Assembly (NCBI GenBank): GCA_938008165.1
Contig: CALLLP010000001.1
Coordinates: 67,585 to 131,584 of the forward strand
Reading direction: 5' to 3'
Length of the DNA stretch: 64,000 nucleotides
DNA from: an uncultured Neomegalonema sp.
Lineage (GTDB): Bacteria; Pseudomonadota; Alphaproteobacteria; Rhodobacterales; Rhodobacteraceae
Shown in pieces: positions 58,326-64,000 of the stretch. The translations under genes and the position numbers were made by a program. How positions within the stretch are numbered: position 1 is the stretch's first letter; each line of letters begins with the position of its first letter. Below the pieces are notes generated by a model. The model worked only from the letters and a program-made list of their open reading frames with translations. It was not told the DNA's origin and did not search any database.

Positions 58326-58880
58326 ATGACGACCCTGACCCGTCGCGGCGCTCTCGCCGGTATTGCCGCTGCCGCCGCCGTTCCCGTCACGCCACTGCAT
58401 GCCCTGCCGGTCGGTGCTCCGGCGCCGGAATGGGATATTGCGCAATGGATCAATTCCGAGCCGCTCAAGCTGCATGAGCTGCGCGGTCAGGTGGTGGTCA
58501 TCGATTTTTTCCAGCTATGGTGTCCGGGCTGCAAAAGCTTTTCGATCCCCACCACCCTGCAATGGGAAAAGGATTTCGAGCAGGATATCGCACAGGACCG
58601 GATGAAGATCGTCAGCATTCATACCGTTTTCGAGGGACACCAGCACCAGACCCTCAGTCGCCTGAAAAAATTCGTGGCCGATACCGGGTTTGGCCATCCG
58701 GTCGGCCATGATCGCCACGATATTCATGACCGTCTGCCCAATACGATGATTCTCTACGGCACGCGCGGTACGCCGGAGGTGGCGATCATCGGCAAGGATG
58801 GGCGCATCGCCTATCAGCGTATCGGATTCTTCGATGTGGAGGAAAAGGCGCAGTTGATCCGTGATCTGATGGCCGCATGA
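58326..58880 (+). CDS. TlpA/redoxin family thiol-disulfide oxidoreductase with Tat-like signal
   Basis: LTRRGALAGIAAAAAVPVTPLHA signal, followed by the FQLWCPGCK thioredoxin motif. Confidence 0.8.
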   Translation: MTTLTRRGALAGIAAAAAVPVTPLHALPVGAPAPEWDIAQWINSEPLKLHELRGQVVVIDFFQLWCPGCKSFSIPTTLQWEKDFEQDIAQDRMKIVSIHTVFEGHQHQTLSRLKKFVADTGFGHPVGHDRHDIHDRLPNTMILYGTRGTPEVAIIGKDGRIAYQRIGFFDVEEKAQLIRDLMAA

Positions 58881-58957
58881 GTCGATTGTGTCGGAAGTGA
58901 TTGCTCTACCGCGCGCGGTTTCCTAAACTGCGCGCAATTCGGCAATACGGAGCGGCC

Positions 58958-59341
58958 ATGTCCATCTTGAGCAAAATCTTCACCTGGTGGAACGGCTCGA
59001 CCATCGGAACCACGCTGTTCACCTCCCGCCATGGTGAGAGGGTCGGTGAGGATGCGGACGGCAATGTCTATTATCGCAATTCAGACGATTCGCGGCGTTG
59101 GGTGATCTATGCCGAGGAAAGCGAAGCGTCGAATGTTTCCGGCGAGTGGTATGGCTGGATGCATCATACCTTTGACGAGCCGCCCACTGAGGCACCGCTG
59201 AACGCATGGTCTTGGCAGAAAGAGCGCTTGCCAAATCTGACCGGCACCGATGATGCGTATCGCCCGCCGGGCAGTCTGGTCGCCGTGGGACAAGAGGCGA
59301 CATCCGCCGAAAAACCTTATACGGCATGGGTTCCCGACTGA
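58958..59341 (+). CDS. NADH:ubiquinone oxidoreductase subunit NDUFA12-like protein
   Basis: ORF 58901..59341, started at Met20 (MSILSKIFTWWNGSTIGT). GNVYYRN and WYGWMHHTFD blocks. Confidence 0.8.
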   Translation: MSILSKIFTWWNGSTIGTTLFTSRHGERVGEDADGNVYYRNSDDSRRWVIYAEESEASNVSGEWYGWMHHTFDEPPTEAPLNAWSWQKERLPNLTGTDDAYRPPGSLVAVGQEATSAEKPYTAWVPD

Positions 59342-59363
59342 GCGACTCGCGAGGAGAACGACC

Positions 59364-59804
59364 ATGGCCAATAACACTGTAGAAACGCTGATCGGAGCCG
59401 TGGTGCTCTGTGTGGCCGGTGGCTTTCTCTATTATGCCAGCCAGAATGCCGATTTCGGCGGCGGGGGCAGCTATCCGCTATCTGCCGAATTCTACAAGGC
59501 CGATGGCATCAGCGCAGGCGGCGATGTGCGCGTTTCGGGCGTGAAGGTCGGTACGGTTGAGAGTGTTGCACTGGACGAGCAGACCTATCAGGCAAAAATC
59601 ACCATTGCGATGCGATCGGGTGTGAAATTGCCGAGTGATTCTTCGGCCAAGATCGCCAGCGATGGCCTATTGGGCGGTTCATATGTCTCGATCGAGCCGG
59701 GCGGGTCGGAATACATGCTCGAATCTGGCGAAGTGATCGAACATACGCAAGGTTCCGTCAGCTTGCTCGACCTGATCGGCAAGGCAGTCGCCGGAACCAA
59801 TTGA
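59364..59804 (+). CDS. mlaD: outer-membrane lipid asymmetry maintenance protein MlaD
   Basis: ORF 59250..59804, started at Met39 (MANNTVETLIGAVVLCVAGGF). An MCE domain follows (GGDVRVSGVKVGTVESV). Confidence 0.8.
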   Translation: MANNTVETLIGAVVLCVAGGFLYYASQNADFGGGGSYPLSAEFYKADGISAGGDVRVSGVKVGTVESVALDEQTYQAKITIAMRSGVKLPSDSSAKIASDGLLGGSYVSIEPGGSEYMLESGEVIEHTQGSVSLLDLIGKAVAGTN

Positions 59805-59822
59805 CCGCAAGGCACTCCATTC

Positions 59823-60473
59823 TCAGGGGGTCGGTTGCGCTAGGCGCAGGATCGTTTCCATGCTTGCCCCGTTTTCGAGCGCGTGAAAATCGGCGCGGGT
59901 ATCGAGCGCGCTGTGCAGCAGCTTGTGATATTGCGCCCGCGAAATCCCTACGCCCCCCATCGATTCCAGATGCGATGTCGTGAACTGGGTATCAAGCAGG
60001 CGATAGCCCCCGGCGCGTAGCCGGGCCACCAGCCAGACCAGCGCGATCTTGCTGGCATCCGGTGCGTGCGACACCATGCTTTCGCCAAAGAAAACCGCGC
60101 CGATACTGACACCATACAATCCGCCGATTCGCTGTCCGTCACGCCAGATCTCGACGCTGTGGGCGGCGTTGCGTTTGTGCAAGGCGTTATAGAGATCGAG
60201 GATGGTATCGTTGATCCACGTCTCCTCCCGCGCAGCGCAATCGCGCATGGTGCCGAGAAAATCGTGATCGATGCGGATATCGAAATCGCCTCGGCGGATC
60301 GTTTTTCGCAGGCTGCGAGAGATATGCAGGCCGTCCAAGGGGATAATCCCGCGTTCATGCGGGTCTACCCAATACAGCTCTTGCGCATTGTCCTCGTTGC
60401 CCATCGGAAATATTCCGGCGGCATAGGCTTGAAGCAACAACTCGGGAGTCAGTGCCAGTGGTTCGTCGGTCAT
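59823..60473 (-). CDS. aat: leucyl/phenylalanyl-tRNA--protein transferase
   Basis: ORF 59823..60512, started at Met14. [46 protein letters not shown] overlap with the accC stop. Confidence 0.9.
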   Translation of the reverse strand: MTDEPLALTPELLLQAYAAGIFPMGNEDNAQELYWVDPHERGIIPLDGLHISRSLRKTIRRGDFDIRIDHDFLGTMRDCAAREETWINDTILDLYNALHKRNAAHSVEIWRDGQRIGGLYGVSIGAVFFGESMVSHAPDASKIALVWLVARLRAGGYRLLDTQFTTSHLESMGGVGISRAQYHKLLHSALDTRADFHALENGASMETILRLAQPTP

Positions 60474-61822
60474 GCCTCCGCCGAACTCTCCTCGATCCAG
60501 TGTTCGAGCCAATGAATATCGTAATCGCCCGACAGGAAATCCGGTTCCTGCAACAATGCCTCAAACAAAGGCAGGGTCGTTTCGATTCCATCGATGATGG
60601 TCTCGCCCAGCGCGCGGCTGATGCGGGCGACGCATTCGTCCCGGTCGCGGCCATGGGCGATCAATTTGCCGATCAGGCTGTCGTAATAGGGCGGGATCTT
60701 GTATCCGGCATACAACCCCGAATCCATCCGCACGCCCAGACCGCCGGGCGCGTGATAGCTTTCGACCGTGCCGGGGGAGGGCACAAAGGTCTTTGCGTTC
60801 TCGGCATTGATGCGGCATTCGATGGCATGGCCGTTCGGGATCAATTCTTCCTGTTTGAAGGATAGGGGCATCCCGGCCGCAACGCGGATTTGCTCGCGTA
60901 CAAGATCGACGCCATAGACCATTTCCGTCACGGGATGCTCGACCTGAAGGCGCGTGTTCATCTCGATGAAATAAAATCCGCCATCCTCGTAGAGAAACTC
61001 GATCGTACCCGCGCCCAGATAGCCCAATTCGCGCAGGGCAACGGCGCAGCGCTCGCCAATATCGGCACGTTCGGCGGCATCGAGGATAGGGGAGGGGGCC
61101 TCTTCCAGCACCTTCTGGTTTCGGCGTTGCAATGAACAATCGCGCTCGCCCAGATGAACGACGGTGCCATGTTTGTCCGCCATCACCTGAATCTCGATAT
61201 GCCGGGGTTTGCCGAGATATTTTTCGAGATACACCGCCGTATTGCCAAAGGCCGCCCCGGCTTCGGAGCGGGCGGTCGACAGGGCCGTGGACAATTCGGA
61301 TGCGGTACGGGCCAGCTTCATGCCCCGGCCTCCGCCGCCTGCGGTCGCCTTGACCAAGACGGGAAACCCGATGTCATCCGCGATTGCCAGCGCTTGCTCA
61401 TCCGTCGTTACTTCACCATCAGAGCCGGGAACGACCGGCACCCCTAGGCGCTTCATCGCGTCCTTTGCGGTGATCTTGTCGCCCATCATGGTGATGTGTT
61501 CGGCGGTCGGGCCGATGAATGTCAGCTCGTGTTCCGCGACGATCTGCGCAAAGGCGGCATTTTCCGAGAGAAAGCCGTATCCCGGATGAATCGCCTGCGC
61601 GCCAGTCATCTCGCAGGCGGTGATGAGGGCGGGAATGTTCAGATAACTGAGCGCTGCGGAGGGCGGGCCGATGCACACGCTCTCGTCTGCGAGGCGCACA
61701 TGCATCGCGTTGGCATCCGCCGTCGAGTGAACGGCAACGGTGGCGATGCCCATTTCGCGGCAGGCCCGCTGAATCCTGAGCGCGATCTCGCCCCGGTTGG
61801 CGATGAGGATTTTCTCGAACAT
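60470..61822 (-). CDS. accC: acetyl-CoA carboxylase biotin carboxylase subunit
   Basis: [26 protein letters not shown], an ATP-grasp core, 450 aa. Confidence 0.97.
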   Translation of the reverse strand: MFEKILIANRGEIALRIQRACREMGIATVAVHSTADANAMHVRLADESVCIGPPSAALSYLNIPALITACEMTGAQAIHPGYGFLSENAAFAQIVAEHELTFIGPTAEHITMMGDKITAKDAMKRLGVPVVPGSDGEVTTDEQALAIADDIGFPVLVKATAGGGGRGMKLARTASELSTALSTARSEAGAAFGNTAVYLEKYLGKPRHIEIQVMADKHGTVVHLGERDCSLQRRNQKVLEEAPSPILDAAERADIGERCAVALRELGYLGAGTIEFLYEDGGFYFIEMNTRLQVEHPVTEMVYGVDLVREQIRVAAGMPLSFKQEELIPNGHAIECRINAENAKTFVPSPGTVESYHAPGGLGVRMDSGLYAGYKIPPYYDSLIGKLIAHGRDRDECVARISRALGETIIDGIETTLPLFEALLQEPDFLSGDYDIHWLEHWIEESSAEA

Positions 61823-61830
61823 CGGCGGCG

Positions 61831-62346
61831 CTATTCGATGACCATGAGGGGCATCCCGAACTCAACGGGATCGCGGTCACCCACGAGCATGGCCCGCAAG
61901 ACACCGTCATGGGGGGCCGGAATCTGGTTCATTGTTTTCATCGCTTCGATGATCAGAATCGTCTGGCCCTTCGTCACCGTATCGCCAACCTCCACGAAAG
62001 GGGGCGCGCCCGGTTCCGGGGCGAGATAGGCGGTGCCCACCATCGGTGATGGAACCATGCCGGGTGCACTTGCCGGATCGGGGGGGGCGGAATCGCTCGC
62101 GGCGGGGACGGGCGCAGCCGCCGTATTCGGTGCGGGCGCAGCCGCTGGGACGGGGGTGTAATGGGCGGGGGTAACAGCAACCGGCGCAGGGGCGGGTCCC
62201 GTGCGGCTGAGACGCACCATCAATTCGTCGTTTTCACCGTATTCGCGTTCAACCTCGATCTCGCCGAGGTCGCTTTCCTTCAGGATCGCGGCGAGTGCGC
62301 GGATGAAGGCCACATCGGAATCGGTCTTGTCATTGCTCATCGACAC
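61831..62346 (-). CDS. accB: acetyl-CoA carboxylase biotin carboxyl carrier protein
   Basis: Pro/Ala linker followed by the biotinyl-lysine motif [11 protein letters not shown]. Confidence 0.95.
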   Translation of the reverse strand: MSMSNDKTDSDVAFIRALAAILKESDLGEIEVEREYGENDELMVRLSRTGPAPAPVAVTPAHYTPVPAAAPAPNTAAAPVPAASDSAPPDPASAPGMVPSPMVGTAYLAPEPGAPPFVEVGDTVTKGQTILIIEAMKTMNQIPAPHDGVLRAMLVGDRDPVEFGMPLMVIE

Positions 62347-62371
62347 AGGGCCTCATCTGTTTGGGGGCGGA

Positions 62372-62827
62372 TCATCCGGCTTCGGTGCCGAGCAAGTCTG
62401 CCACGGCGTCGAGCGCCAGAATATAACCGCGCGAACCTAGCCCGCATATCACGCCGGTTGCCGCTTTTGAAACCCATGAATGGCTGCGAAATTCTTCTCG
62501 GCGGTGAACATTGGACAGATGCACCTCGATAATTGGCCCCTCAAAGGCCAATAGCGCATCCATGATCGCGACCGACGTATGGGTATAGGCGGCCGGATTG
62601 ATGACGATGGCGGCGGCTTCGTCGCGGGCGCGATGGATCGTCTCGACGATCTCGCCCTCATGGTTTGATTGATGGAATGCCATAGTCAAACCAAGAGCTT
62701 GCGCTTTCGCCGCGCAGGATGCCTCGACATCCGCAAGGGTTTCATGCCCGTAGATATCGGGTTGACGCTTGCCCAACAGGTTGAGATTCGGCCCGTTCAG
62801 CACATAGACGACAGGATGCGTTGACAT
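62372..62827 (-). CDS. aroQ: type II 3-dehydroquinate dehydratase
   Basis: ORF 62372..62953, started at Met43 ([23 protein letters not shown]). [11 protein letters not shown] and [12 protein letters not shown]. Confidence 0.95.
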   Translation of the reverse strand: MSTHPVVYVLNGPNLNLLGKRQPDIYGHETLADVEASCAAKAQALGLTMAFHQSNHEGEIVETIHRARDEAAAIVINPAAYTHTSVAIMDALLAFEGPIIEVHLSNVHRREEFRSHSWVSKAATGVICGLGSRGYILALDAVADLLGTEAG

Positions 62828-62838
62828 CGCGCGCCGCC

Positions 62839-63456
62839 CTATTGCGCCGCCGTCAGCCAAGGCATGTGTTCGGCGCGCTTGGCTTCGAAATCGCTGATCG
62901 ATTGCTCTTTTTCCATCGTCAGGCCGATATCGTCGAGACCATTGAGGAGGCATTTTTTCTTGAAGGCATCGATCTCGAAAGCAATGGTGCCGCCATCCGG
63001 CCCCTTGATCGTCTGGTTCTCCAGATCGATGCTGACGCGCGCATTGGAGCCACGCTGCGCGTCATCCATCAACTTATCGACCTCTTCCTGCGGCAAGACG
63101 ATGGGCAGAATACCGTTCTTGAAGCAGTTATTGTAGAAGATATCCGCAAAGCTGGGCGCGATCACACAGCGGATGCCGAAATCGAGCAAAGCCCAAGGCG
63201 CATGTTCGCGCGACGATCCGCAGCCGAAATTATCCCCGGCGACCAGAATCTCCGCATCGCGATACGCGGATTGATTGAGTACGAAATCGGGTTTCTCGGA
63301 CCCGTCATCTTCATACCGCATCTCCGAAAACAGCGCGACGCCAAGGCCCGTACGCTTGATCGTCTTGAGATATTGCTTCGGGATGATCATGTCGGTGTCG
63401 ATATTAATCAGTGGCAGCGGTGCCGCGATGCCGTCGAGGGTGGTGAACTTGTCCAT
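62839..63456 (-). CDS. leuD: 3-isopropylmalate dehydratase small subunit
   Basis: ORF 62839..63492, started at Met13 ([14 protein letters not shown]). [14 protein letters not shown] and [17 protein letters not shown]. Confidence 0.95.
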   Translation of the reverse strand: MDKFTTLDGIAAPLPLINIDTDMIIPKQYLKTIKRTGLGVALFSEMRYEDDGSEKPDFVLNQSAYRDAEILVAGDNFGCGSSREHAPWALLDFGIRCVIAPSFADIFYNNCFKNGILPIVLPQEEVDKLMDDAQRGSNARVSIDLENQTIKGPDGGTIAFEIDAFKKKCLLNGLDDIGLTMEKEQSISDFEAKRAEHMPWLTAAQ

Positions 63457-63589
63457 GGCGCTAGCCTCTCCGCGATTTTCAGCGCCTTTCAATCATCCAA
63501 AAGCCGCCTTGGCAAGCGGTGGCGACACGTCTTGTCCCGCCGCAGTGACAGTCATGTGCAAATTGGTCAAAAAACCCTGCCGAAAACCC

Positions 63590-63618
63590 TTGCCAAGCCC
63601 GACACATCCGACTAACTA
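63590..63618 (+). promoter_or_regulatory. putative sigma-70 promoter of the tRNA gene
   Basis: TTGCCA (63590..63595), a 17-nt spacer, then TAACTA (63613..63618), 12 nt before the mature tRNA 5' end. Confidence 0.45.
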
Positions 63619-63630
63619 CTCCCTTCTTGG

Positions 63631-63707
<77 letters not shown>

Positions 63708-63715
63708 AAGAAAAA

Positions 63716-63743
63716 AGCCGTGACCCTGTGGTCGCGGCTTTTT
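63716..63743 (+). terminator. rho-independent terminator after the tRNA
   Basis: AGCCGTGACC-CTGT-GGTCGCGGCT (10-bp stem with one G-U pair), running into TTTTT. Confidence 0.8.
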
Positions 63744-63859
63744 CTGTATCCGAACCATCCCATAACATCTTGCACACGATCGATTGCGGAAATTGCGTTT
63801 ACGCCGCGTGCAGTCTAGAACGCCGAGAAATCCTTCCACCGATCTGAAAGCGCGAAACA

Positions 63860-63999
63860 CATGGCCGAGAAATTCGTCTACTACATGGATGGCGTCTCCA
63901 AGACCTATCCGGGCGGCAAGCCCGTGTTCCAGAACATCCGCCTGTTCTTCTATCCCGGTGCCAAGATCGGGGTGATCGGCAATAACGGGGCGGGTAAAT
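63860..63999 (+). CDS. ettA: ABC-F translational throttle protein EttA, N-terminal 46 codons (runs off the right edge)
   Basis: MAEKFVYYMDGVSKTYPGGKPVFQNIRLFFYPGAKIGVIGNNGAGK, the typical EttA N-terminus with the Walker A beginning. Confidence 0.85.
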
Positions 64000-64000
64000 C

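Overview
High-GC (by eye a little over 60 percent) chromosomal segment that looks alphaproteobacterial, probably a marine Rhodobacterales or roseobacter-type genome. The taxon is inferred from gene content and synteny and was not searched. The window is densely coding (about 70 CDS and one tRNA) and mostly housekeeping. Recognisable genes include nth, ygfZ, pyrC-like, ilvC, valS, pnp-rpsO, the kdsD-lptC-lptA-lptB-rpoN-hpf-ptsN cluster, aat-accC-accB-aroQ-leuD, an initiator tRNA-fMet and the start of ettA. There are two ABC importer loci: a Liv-type locus led by an acyl-CoA ligase, and a Dpp/Opp-type locus interrupted by an EamA gene. Methylamine/osmolyte genes are betA and tmm. I saw no rRNA, CRISPR array, transposase, integrase or phage genes. 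The least explained stretch is about 9.8-18.5 kb, between ilvC and valS. It holds (i) a translationally coupled three-gene operon of two diverged tandem paralogs plus a small Pro/Ala-tailed protein, (ii) a four-gene operon chained by ATGA overlaps around ApbC, with a degenerate biotin/lipoate-ligase-like protein, (iii) a 529-aa acidic, repeat-built, probably disordered protein, and (iv) an orphan glycine-zipper membrane protein. None of these can be called a new system from sequence alone, so they are candidates for follow-up. All family calls rest on motif recognition by eye, since no searches were possible. The displayed sequence ends at base 63999.
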